Shown here: positions 44,144 through 52,213 of the stretch, in pieces
Layout: each line of letters starts with the position of its first letter
Position numbering within the stretch: the stretch's first letter is position 1
Origin: a virus
Taxonomy: Duplodnaviria > Caudoviricetes
DNA length: 64,000 nt
Strand: one strand, 5' to 3'
Virus record (IMG/VR): IMGVR_UViG_3300032038_000044
Span: 1 to 64,000 of that record
Position numbers and translations under genes: made by a program
The notes under the pieces: generated by a model
The model's input: only the letters and a program-made list of their open reading frames with translations
Told to the model about the DNA's origin: nothing
The model's database searches: none

Positions 44144-44413
44144 TTAAGCCACCACCTCTCTGCGTTCTGCCCTAAGTTCCTTAATTGACTTAGGACGCTC
44201 TTTCCACTTGCCAAGTTCATCATCGAGTATCTGCTCAAAGACGCTTGGTCTATACACAAAACCCTCTTTGGCAGGTGTAATCGGTTTAAACTTACCCTTA
44301 CAACCGAATGGCTCATTGACCGGTACTAACTTGACCTGTTTAACAGTATCATTAGCGACCTCATTATAATTTGTTGTTACATCATTACCCTTTACATAAA
44401 ATACAGTTCTCAT
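44144..44413 (-). CDS. Hypothetical protein
   Basis: SD GAGG. Confidence 0.7.
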   Translation of the reverse strand: MRTVFYVKGNDVTTNYNEVANDTVKQVKLVPVNEPFGCKGKFKPITPAKEGFVYRPSVFEQILDDELGKWKERPKSIKELRAERREVVA

Positions 44414-44469
44414 ACCTTAAATCCTCACTTTTATTTTTTTCTTTATTATATCATGGGGGTGACTAATTG

Positions 44470-44901
44470 TCAACCCTCATGTTCATTAATTTCTTTCTTA
44501 ATTGCATTGATAGCAATTAAAATCTGTTCTTCAATAGTCGCACAAGTATTCTCATAGCTGAAAGATGTTTCATCCTTTATAGCCTCGATATATGACATTA
44601 TCTCGCCAAGGTCGAAATAGTCCATCTCAAGCTTTGCAAGGTTAATACCCTTGACAATATCAAGACCATCTTCATCCTCACCCTCAAGGTATCCAACATA
44701 CATCCAACGAGCATCCTCTTCTGATTCATCATAGAATGTAATATACATTCCATCAAGAAGATTGTCTATAACGACTTTATTCTGTGCAACCTTTTTAGCA
44801 ATTTCTCTTAATAACTCACAAGCATTAACAAAAGCAACATTATATGCAAGTCTATCAAGCTCCTCATTATACTTCTTCATCATTTCTCCAAAAATACTCA
44901 T
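44470..44901 (-). CDS. Acidic hypothetical protein
   Basis: SD AAGGAAGG. Confidence 0.7.
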   Translation of the reverse strand: MSIFGEMMKKYNEELDRLAYNVAFVNACELLREIAKKVAQNKVVIDNLLDGMYITFYDESEEDARWMYVGYLEGEDEDGLDIVKGINLAKLEMDYFDLGEIMSYIEAIKDETSFSYENTCATIEEQILIAINAIKKEINEHEG

Positions 44902-44975
44902 AATTTTGTACCTTCCTTCCTTAACTTTGTAAGCTAATTATACACCCTAGCATGTAAATAAGTCATCTGACAAAA

Positions 44976-45090
44976 TCACCAAAATAATGGGAACTTGTTT
45001 GTTAAAATTTGTATAATTTTCCCTCTTGACAAAACACCCTAACCTGTGGTATAATAGAAGCACTGCGCGTTTGAAGTGAAAACGCGCAGC
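44976..45090 (+). promoter_or_regulatory. Cassette copy 9 (degenerate palindrome)
   Basis: TTGACA-18-TATAAT, stem CTGCGCGTTT/AAACGCGCAG. Confidence 0.8.
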
Positions 45091-45173
45091 CCAATCTCTC
45101 GGACTGCCTCGCTCTCACACGACTTATTTTTGGTTAGGTAGTCGCCAAACCTAGACCTTAAAGGCGGTCGCGC

Positions 45174-45578
45174 CTATAACCCGAGGTCTTTTAGTGTGTA
45201 CTTTGTTCCTATATCCATACCTTTATACATATTGCTTTTGCCACTAAAGTATGGAAGGCAAACATGGTCTTTCTGAAGTTTAATCAGTATATAGTATTCA
45301 CCAAAGCTGTGCTGTTTTGAAATGTATTCAATCTTACTTCTAAAAGGTCTGATAACATCACTTAGATATTTCTTCTCAACGGCGTCAAGCACCGGTGTGT
45401 GATATTCTTTGTTGAGAAAGTCCATTTCTCTTTTATCACAACTAACGCTATAACATCCATAATGCTCATCGTGACTACCCTCAATAACGCTCTTTAGAAC
45501 TTCTCCGTCTATGTTATAGGCTAACACTTCCTTTACAAACTGTGGATGTTCTTTGATAATTACTTCAAAATTTGTCAT
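45174..45578 (-). CDS. Hypothetical protein
   Basis: Paralogue of 43724-44143. Confidence 0.7.
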   Translation of the reverse strand: MTNFEVIIKEHPQFVKEVLAYNIDGEVLKSVIEGSHDEHYGCYSVSCDKREMDFLNKEYHTPVLDAVEKKYLSDVIRPFRSKIEYISKQHSFGEYYILIKLQKDHVCLPYFSGKSNMYKGMDIGTKYTLKDLGL

Positions 45579-45582
45579 TCTC

Positions 45583-45900
45583 TTATTCCTCACTCTCACT
45601 TAATAATGTGTATGATACATATTTATCATCACTTTTCTTTGCAGTATCTTCGCAATCGAGCTTAACTCGAACCTCTGCCCCACACTGAAGCTCGTCTGAG
45701 TCAAACTCAATACGTTCTCCGTTGTTAGCAAGTACAGTAATCCAACCATTAACGTCAGTGATAACTGTGCCATCAACGTATCTATAATCTGTGGTTGCCT
45801 TGTATAATCTGCCAACTACCCATAAACCAGCTACTAATACAATAGTAGTAATAACTATACTAATGATACCGAATACTCTGTCAACTTTCTTTGTTTCCAT
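45583..45900 (-). CDS. Membrane-anchored protein with small beta domain
   Basis: One N-terminal TM segment. Confidence 0.7.
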   Translation of the reverse strand: METKKVDRVFGIISIVITTIVLVAGLWVVGRLYKATTDYRYVDGTVITDVNGWITVLANNGERIEFDSDELQCGAEVRVKLDCEDTAKKSDDKYVSYTLLSESEE

Positions 45901-46068
45901 AACCTTACCTCACTTATTTTCTTTAATTTATTATAGCAAATTTTTTTAAGTTTGTCAACAAGGGAATTACTAAGGTTGACTTTTCAAACTATGCTACTGA
46001 GTGCCATTCTGTTCCCTCTTGACATTATTAAGTATAACAAAACAAGAGAGAGAATACTACTGGCAAAA

Positions 46069-46182
46069 TGCACAAAATTGCGGGAGGGGGCGACACCTAG
46101 GTTTGTGCATTTTTGCCATTGACAAAACCTCAGGACTGTGGTACAATGCAAATTACTGCACGCTTGGGGCGCGAGCGTGCAG
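46069..46182 (+). promoter_or_regulatory. Cassette copy 10
   Basis: TGCACAA-N27-TTGTGCA, TTGACA-17-TACAAT, stem CTGCACGCT/AGCGTGCAG. Confidence 0.85.
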
Positions 46183-46233
46183 CCCAATAAAAAATGGCTC
46201 GGAGTTTCACCGAGCCGTGGAGGAGGATTATGC

Positions 46234-46542
46234 CTAGCAGTAAACTAGGCTCATGTCTGCCCATTTTAGGATGCTGATTTGCTGACAATCTCTGCCGACT
46301 CTCAGCGCCTTTGTCTTGGTTGGTTCGCGGTGGCTTTTGTCGATGTAGTAAATGCCCTTGCTAAACCATACACCACAATTTCCATTGTATTCCTTGATGG
46401 CTTTCATAGCTTCCTCAGGTGTCTTGCACTCGACACCCTCTGTCGCTACTTGATAACCGGTCTTAAACTTAACGCGCTTACCATTCTTTAAAGTCATTCC
46501 GTCATCTTCCTTTAAGTTCTTAATACTTCTTACATTTATCAT
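46234..46542 (-). CDS. Hypothetical protein
   Basis: SD GGAAGG. Confidence 0.7.
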   Translation of the reverse strand: MINVRSIKNLKEDDGMTLKNGKRVKFKTGYQVATEGVECKTPEEAMKAIKEYNGNCGVWFSKGIYYIDKSHREPTKTKALRVGRDCQQISILKWADMSLVYC

Positions 46543-46615
46543 AGGTTTGTACCTTCCTTTCCTTACCTTGTAACTACATTATAGCACGACACCCCACCGA
46601 GGTCCATAGGCAGAT

Positions 46616-46728
46616 TGCACAAAAATCGGGATACCCTTTAGCCTAAGTTTGTGCAAAATGCCCCTTGACAAAACACCCTGGGTGTGTTATAATGTGCGGC
46701 ACTGCTCGCTGCGCAAGTTTGCGAGCAG
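46616..46728 (+). promoter_or_regulatory. Cassette copy 11
   Basis: TGCACAA-N26-TTGTGCA, TTGACA-17-TATAAT, stem CTGCTCGC/GCGAGCAG. Confidence 0.85.
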
Positions 46729-46864
46729 CCAAACAAAAAAATAGGCTCCCGCCTCAGCGAGTGCCTATAAATTAGTGGTTTTTATCCCAGCCCACCCTGG
46801 TGGCTCATACTCTGTTTTAGTTGCGCCGATTACCTGGCTACAACAATTTGGAAGGTAGGTTATG

Positions 46865-47008
46865 TCAACCCACAGGAAGAACCTGTGGTGTTGTATGCTT
46901 ATAGTAGTCCTTGAAGTCCTCTCTAGCCTTCTTCTCAACTCTTTCAGTTTCAAGCATTAAGAGCATCTTATCAAGTTCATCCATGTTATTATCAAATCCG
47001 TTCATCAT
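46865..47008 (-). CDS. Small protein (47 aa; DELDKML family)
   Basis: SD GAGG; near-duplicate at 47561-47701. Confidence 0.7.
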   Translation of the reverse strand: MMNGFDNNMDELDKMLLMLETERVEKKAREDFKDYYKHTTPQVLPVG

Positions 47009-47083
47009 AATTTTTATCCTCACTTTCTTCCTTAACCTTATGTCTACATTATACACTTTGTTGGGGGTGTTGTCAACACCTTT

Positions 47084-47302
47084 TTAGAAAATTCTTGTAA
47101 AACTTTTTCCGCTTTCAAAAGTACGGGTTGCACTGATTACCTTAGTTGTTGACTCATAACCAAGTACAGTAACCTTTCTGTTAGCTAATGCGCTAATGAA
47201 GTTGTCAGCATTGGCGTTAAGCTCCTTATTAGAGTTGAAGTTAATTCTCCTTGTCTTTATGCCGTTGCCATCTGTAAACTTAATAACTAAACTTGTCATC
47301 AT
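47084..47302 (-). CDS. Hypothetical protein
   Basis: SD GAAAGGTAGG. Confidence 0.7.
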   Translation of the reverse strand: MMTSLVIKFTDGNGIKTRRINFNSNKELNANADNFISALANRKVTVLGYESTTKVISATRTFESGKSFTRIF

Positions 47303-47374
47303 AACTGTTACCTACCTTTCCTTACCTTGTAACTACATTATAACAGAGGGTCAGAGCAAAATCCATATGTAAAT

Positions 47375-47488
47375 TGCACAAATTTCGGGATGGTTTTTGC
47401 TTTACTATTGTGCAAAATCAACAAACAAATATATCATATATCGCCTATATATCTAAAATGCGGCGCGTTTGGGGTGATAACGCGCCGC
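47375..47488 (+). promoter_or_regulatory. Cassette copy 12 (promoter degenerate)
   Basis: TGCACAA-N26-TTGTGCA; stem GCGGCGCGTT/AACGCGCCGC. Confidence 0.7.
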
Positions 47489-47560
47489 CAATCAAAAAAG
47501 GGCGCTATATGCGCCCCAGTGCGTGTTATTTGTTAGAGGTCACGCTCCCCGGAAGGTAGG

Positions 47561-47701
47561 TTATGCGCCAACCGGCAATATCACCGGTGTATGCTTCTTA
47601 GTATAGTCCTTGAAGTCCTCGCGCATCTTCTTCTCTACGCGCTCAGCCTCAAGCATCATCAACATTTTATCAAGTTCATCCATATTATCATTAGTAAACA
47701 T
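47561..47701 (-). CDS. Small protein (46 aa; DELDKML family; not in ORF track)
   Basis: MFTNDNMDELDKMLMMLEAERVEKKMREDFKDYTKKHTPVILPVGA. Confidence 0.7.
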   Translation of the reverse strand: MFTNDNMDELDKMLMMLEAERVEKKMREDFKDYTKKHTPVILPVGA

Positions 47702-47724
47702 ATTTTCAACCCTCTCTTCCTTAA

Positions 47725-47991
47725 TTATATTACATCTATATCTTTCAACTGCTCATATATATCCTTTAGAAAGTCTCTAGCCTCTTCTCTTGCCTTGTCT
47801 ATAGAAGCCTCACTGCCGTACGTCTCTGCAATATTCATTATTTCATTAATATAATGCTCAACTAAAGTTTCTATTTGTTCAAGACTTTCAAATGCTTTTG
47901 TATCATGATAAGTTTCACCTCTTGGTAATATAGTGCCATTTATTTTATCAACCATTTCAACTAAGTCATAATTTGTTAATATTCTGCTCAT
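47725..47991 (-). CDS. Hypothetical protein
   Basis: SD GGAAGAAGG. Confidence 0.7.
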   Translation of the reverse strand: MSRILTNYDLVEMVDKINGTILPRGETYHDTKAFESLEQIETLVEHYINEIMNIAETYGSEASIDKAREEARDFLKDIYEQLKDIDVI

Positions 47992-48042
47992 ATATAACCT
48001 TCTTCCTATCTATTGGTAGGTAGGGGCTTACGCCCCTAGCCT

Positions 48043-48192
48043 TTATATTGTCTTAACACTTATGAAGATACTTAGTGGCGCTACGCGCTGGAGCTGTGTC
48101 TGTCTAAGCACTTCCAGCTGTGCGAGTAAAATATCCTTTGTTACCATATAAACATTGTTTTTAACGTCTTTAACCTTATATAATTTATTCAT
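48043..48192 (-). CDS. Small hypothetical protein (49 aa; not in ORF track)
   Basis: MNKLYKVKDVKNNVYMV...; SD AAGGTG. Confidence 0.55.
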   Translation of the reverse strand: MNKLYKVKDVKNNVYMVTKDILLAQLEVLRQTQLQRVAPLSIFISVKTI

Positions 48193-48225
48193 AACCTTAT
48201 TCACCTTTCTTTGTGGATATATGCC

Positions 48226-48525
48226 TTATAAGCATATATCCTCTAATATATCGCAGAACATATCATTGAAGCTTTCAAGCTCATCAATATATTCCTGTGA
48301 AACACCCTTATCGCTAATACTAGATTCCATATATTCTATAATAGCATCACCATCAATGGCACTGTTCTGTTCTCTTATAGCATCCTCTATGAACTCTTTA
48401 AGAGTATCATATGATAGACTAAATGCCTTATAAGCATCTGAGTCGTGGTCGAACTCGCGTTCATTTTCATATATATTCGCTTTTTCCAAAAACATTTCTA
48501 GAAACAATCCTAGCAATTCTAACAT
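48226..48525 (-). CDS. Acidic hypothetical protein
   Basis: SD AAGGAG. Confidence 0.7.
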   Translation of the reverse strand: MLELLGLFLEMFLEKANIYENEREFDHDSDAYKAFSLSYDTLKEFIEDAIREQNSAIDGDAIIEYMESSISDKGVSQEYIDELESFNDMFCDILEDICL

Positions 48526-48583
48526 AACCTTATCTCCTTATTAATATCTATGTGGTAGGTAGAGGGCTTTCGCCCTCTAGCCT

Positions 48584-48979
48584 TTAGTATTCCATTGACT
48601 CAAGTTCATATGCCTCTAAGAGTGTAAGCTCTGACTTAACACACATTAAAGCATCAACTTCTGCTCTATATTTCAAAGTCTTTAACTTATTATTGTTACT
48701 TGGATTATAAAGAGCTAAGTCTATAAAACCCTCAAGTGCTCTCTTAGCCTCTTCAATAGCATTGCTAAGAGCTTCAAGAGCTTCCCATACCTCAAGCTCC
48801 TTGTCATCGTTAAAATATGGGTCTATATCGTCTTTATAATTAGATATTGCTATATATCTCGAGGCTCTAACCTCAGCTATTGCGCTGTCATCGCCAAAAG
48901 TGCGGACTGCGGCACGCCAAGCAAGTTCAGCTTCTTTGCTCATATTTTTTACAAGTTTCTGAATTGATTTCATTTCCAT
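48584..48979 (-). CDS. Hypothetical helical protein
   Basis: SD GAAAGGTAGG. Confidence 0.7.
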   Translation of the reverse strand: MEMKSIQKLVKNMSKEAELAWRAAVRTFGDDSAIAEVRASRYIAISNYKDDIDPYFNDDKELEVWEALEALSNAIEEAKRALEGFIDLALYNPSNNNKLKTLKYRAEVDALMCVKSELTLLEAYELESMEY

Positions 48980-49018
48980 AATATTATAACCTACCTTTCT
49001 TATCCTTAGTGGTAGAGG

Positions 49019-49252
49019 CTAAGCCTCTACCTTTATAAGTTTTTCTTCTATATCAAGCAATACGCTCTGTAAATCTACAAGAGTGTCGTTATATACAACC
49101 CCTAAATCGCTATATACTGCGCCGTCCTGGCAGTCTACATCGTCAAGGATCGCCTTGATAGCCTTAACGATTGGCTCAAGACTTGATTTAATGGCTTCAA
49201 GTTCTGCCTTTGTGTCTACACTTCTAACAATAGTTTTTAATTCTTTGCTCAT
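49019..49252 (-). CDS. Hypothetical helical protein
   Basis: First gene after the promoter near 49308-49336. Confidence 0.7.
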   Translation of the reverse strand: MSKELKTIVRSVDTKAELEAIKSSLEPIVKAIKAILDDVDCQDGAVYSDLGVVYNDTLVDLQSVLLDIEEKLIKVEA

Positions 49253-49359
49253 AATTTTGTACCTACCTTTTTAATTTTTTTTGTAGTACCTCTTTACTAC
49301 TCTTTAATTATACTGCTTTGTTTGTTGTTTGTCAACAACTTTTTATTTTTTATAAAGAT

Positions 49360-49406
49360 TTTTTGAAATTGTTTTCAAATCATCGCTTTGGATTTGTTAT
49401 CTTTTC
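49360..49406. repeat. 46-bp repeat, copy 2
   Basis: Near-identical to 38144-38189. Confidence 0.8.
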
Positions 49407-49786
49407 CTTATCTTTATGAGTTAATTATAACATCAACCTTTGACATTGTAAAGCACAAAAAAGCATTTTATGGCATTTTTTGTTGATTTCATCGCTTTTC
49501 ACAAAAACAACTATAACCTTTTGTGCATAATGCACAATCGTTCATCTGTTCGACTTTTTGAGGGCGGTCTCGCACAGCTGTTCGATGTTAGCAGAGGCTA
49601 ACACTACGCCCCATTCATGGGGGGCGTACCTTATAGGAAAAATGGCGTAAAATCAACGTTTTTGACTTTTCCTGACCAACTACAGCACCAAAAATTACAT
49701 CTGTAACAAGTTACGTCTGTTATTTCAATTACGATTCCTAATTACACCACAACAAAACGCAGTTTTGTTGTTTTTTCTATTTTCCT

Positions 49787-49815
49787 TGACATCCACCAAA
49801 ATTTTTGGTATACTA
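49787..49815 (+). promoter_or_regulatory. Promoter for the packaging/structural module
   Basis: TTGACA-17-TATACT. Confidence 0.75.
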
Positions 49816-49866
49816 TATATAGATGGTGAGATAAATATCCATCAATAAACAACAGGAGATAAAACA

Positions 49867-50913
49867 ATGACTAATTTAACACGTCTTGATTTTTCTCTAG
49901 AAACAGCTCAAGAAAGAATAGACCAGGTAAACGAAGTACTAGCCAATGAAGCAGAATCAGCTAGTCCTAACAGACTCGAGTACCTGGCAGATTATATATT
50001 AGATGCGCCTGATACTAGAGAAAAAACAAAACCAAAGAACAGAAAGAAAACTATAAGCGCTCATGAAATCTCATATGAAGGCTTAGTAACTAAGTTCGAG
50101 AATGGTGAAGATGGTCTCTACAATCTAACAATAGAGAATGATAAGAACATCATCCTCGCCCCAAAGACACCTATCACCCAAGAGGATATAGATGAAATTC
50201 CAGCCCTCAAAGAGCTAACAGATGCGATTGAGCAAATCAAATTAAAATGTAAAACTGCGAAAGGTACAACAGCCTACAACCTCCATCAGCAGTTAATCCA
50301 AATGTATAAAGACCGCTATGTAATTCGTAGTGCCTATAAACCAATAGGCTATTCAACAAATTACATTAAGTCAATATCAAACATTTCATTGGCGGGAACC
50401 GACGCTTGGGACGGTACTAAGGTAGAGTCAACCTCTGTTATCAGCCTTTACAACCGCGACCACGTATTATCCCTCCTAAATAACTATTCAAAAATAAAAG
50501 AAGATACCTACGGTGCCTTCTCAAAAGATATGCACTGGTTGATGGAAGACCTCGATACCTACATCGAAGAGGCCTTAGCGCCATTCCCGCTTTACAAACA
50601 AATCCTAATCTACAAAATAGATAAATGTACCAATGCGGAAATCCATAAGAAATTACAAGAAGAAACAGGTCAAACATATTCAGAAGAACATATAAGTAAT
50701 GTATGGTGTAATATAATTCCAAAATTAATAATAGAAAAAGCTACAGATGATTACCTCTCTTGGTATTACCTCAATAAAGAAAAAGGAAAGTACAAGAAAT
50801 GCTCTAAGTGCGGGCAAATTAAACTTGCGCTTCCTCGTTATTTTTCATTGAATAAAGGTTCCAAAGATGGTTTATATACAATTTGTAAAGAATGTAGGCG
50901 GAAAAGGGGCTAG
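49867..50913 (+). CDS. Hypothetical protein with HTH-like segment and C-terminal zinc finger (possible transcription factor)
   Basis: TNAEIHKKL...YSEEHISNVW; CSKC...SKDGLYTICKEC. Confidence 0.65.
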   Translation: MTNLTRLDFSLETAQERIDQVNEVLANEAESASPNRLEYLADYILDAPDTREKTKPKNRKKTISAHEISYEGLVTKFENGEDGLYNLTIENDKNIILAPKTPITQEDIDEIPALKELTDAIEQIKLKCKTAKGTTAYNLHQQLIQMYKDRYVIRSAYKPIGYSTNYIKSISNISLAGTDAWDGTKVESTSVISLYNRDHVLSLLNNYSKIKEDTYGAFSKDMHWLMEDLDTYIEEALAPFPLYKQILIYKIDKCTNAEIHKKLQEETGQTYSEEHISNVWCNIIPKLIIEKATDDYLSWYYLNKEKGKYKKCSKCGQIKLALPRYFSLNKGSKDGLYTICKECRRKRG

Positions 50914-50962
50914 ATAATAGTCCCTTCTTTGCGTTGAAGAAAAAGGAGTGATATTAAAATAA

Positions 50963-52213
50963 ATGGCAAATACAGAATTAGATAAAAGTAAAATATATTG
51001 TCCAAAGTGCGGAAAGACCATGGCGGGAACTAATTTCTACACTTTAAAGAATGGACAGAAGGTAGACCTATGTAAAGGTTGCTTAACTATGCACGTTAAT
51101 AACTGGGACCCAGAAACCTTCCTATGGATACTTGAGAAGTTTGATGTTCCCTACCTCCCATGGGAATGGAACAAGCTTCTAGATGAAGCATATAGAAAAG
51201 ACCCCTATAAGATTACAGGAATGAGCGTGCTTGGTAAATATTTAAGACTTATGAAATTAAAACAGCATCAGGAGTTTGGGTATGCGGATTCCGAGCGTTT
51301 ACAAGCAGAACACACAGAGGTGATTGCTACAAACTCTGAAAACCTCAACACGGCGGAAAGCGAAGCTAGTGTTAAGGCGGCTTATGAAAATGGCGAAATC
51401 TCAAAAGCACAATTTGAAACATACCAACATCTCAATGCCCATGCGGAACCGGCGGCTGTCCCTCTCACACCTATGTCAGAGGCACCCACACCTAGCACTT
51501 CCGCAGCTGCTTATCCAGTAAATGACCACCCATATGAAGTTGTTCAACTTGAGGATATGAGTAAATATTTAACTGAAGATGATAAGCGTTATATGGCTCT
51601 AAAGTGGGGAATTTTTTATACTGCGGAACAGTGGATAAAACTAGAAAAATTATATATTGACTTCACAGAGAGTTATACCATCGAGAATGCGGGAACCATC
51701 GACACACTAAAGCAAATCTGCAAGCTCTCTTTAAAATGTAACGAGGCACTTGACAGTGGAGATGTCGACAGTTATGCTAAGTTATCGAGACAATATGATG
51801 CCTTAATGAAGTCCGCAAAATTCACAGAAGCACAGAATAAAGAAGGTAAGGTCGATGCATTTGATTCAGTTGGTTCTATTGTTCTATTTTGCGAAAAGAA
51901 TGGCGGAAAGATTCCTAAATATGAAATTAAAGCAGACCTTGATGTTATTGATACTATCTTAAATGATAATAAGAAGTATCTTGATGAAGTTATAAAGAAT
52001 GACCCTAATATTGAGAACTTAATTGAAGAGCATATCAAGAAGATGGAACTCCAGGCTAAACTTAAAGAAGAACAGCGTATTGCTAAAGAAAGAGTTCTTA
52101 ATGGCGAACCTATTAAAACAATAGAAGAGTTAACTGAAGAATATGATGAGTTTGCGGAAAAGGAATTAGAAGACCTAGAAAAGGATAGGAGAACTCAAGA
52201 AAATGACGAATGA
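50963..52213 (+). CDS. Putative terminase small subunit / zinc-finger protein
   Basis: CPKC...CKGC N-terminus; helical body; directly upstream of and overlapping terL. Confidence 0.55.
   Translation: MANTELDKSKIYCPKCGKTMAGTNFYTLKNGQKVDLCKGCLTMHVNNWDPETFLWILEKFDVPYLPWEWNKLLDEAYRKDPYKITGMSVLGKYLRLMKLKQHQEFGYADSERLQAEHTEVIATNSENLNTAESEASVKAAYENGEISKAQFETYQHLNAHAEPAAVPLTPMSEAPTPSTSAAAYPVNDHPYEVVQLEDMSKYLTEDDKRYMALKWGIFYTAEQWIKLEKLYIDFTESYTIENAGTIDTLKQICKLSLKCNEALDSGDVDSYAKLSRQYDALMKSAKFTEAQNKEGKVDAFDSVGSIVLFCEKNGGKIPKYEIKADLDVIDTILNDNKKYLDEVIKNDPNIENLIEEHIKKMELQAKLKEEQRIAKERVLNGEPIKTIEELTEEYDEFAEKELEDLEKDRRTQENDE

Noticed and set aside
34021-47488. CRISPR array or integron attC interpretation of the repeated cassettes
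   Set aside because: Repeats are separated by whole genes, are not identical direct repeats, lack attC R/L boxes, and no cas or integrase gene is in the window
46862-47854. Plus-strand hydrophobic ORFs as type I toxins (46862-46960; 47591-47854)
   Set aside because: Explained as the antisense shadow of the duplicated minus-strand peptide genes; start and frame not conserved between the copies
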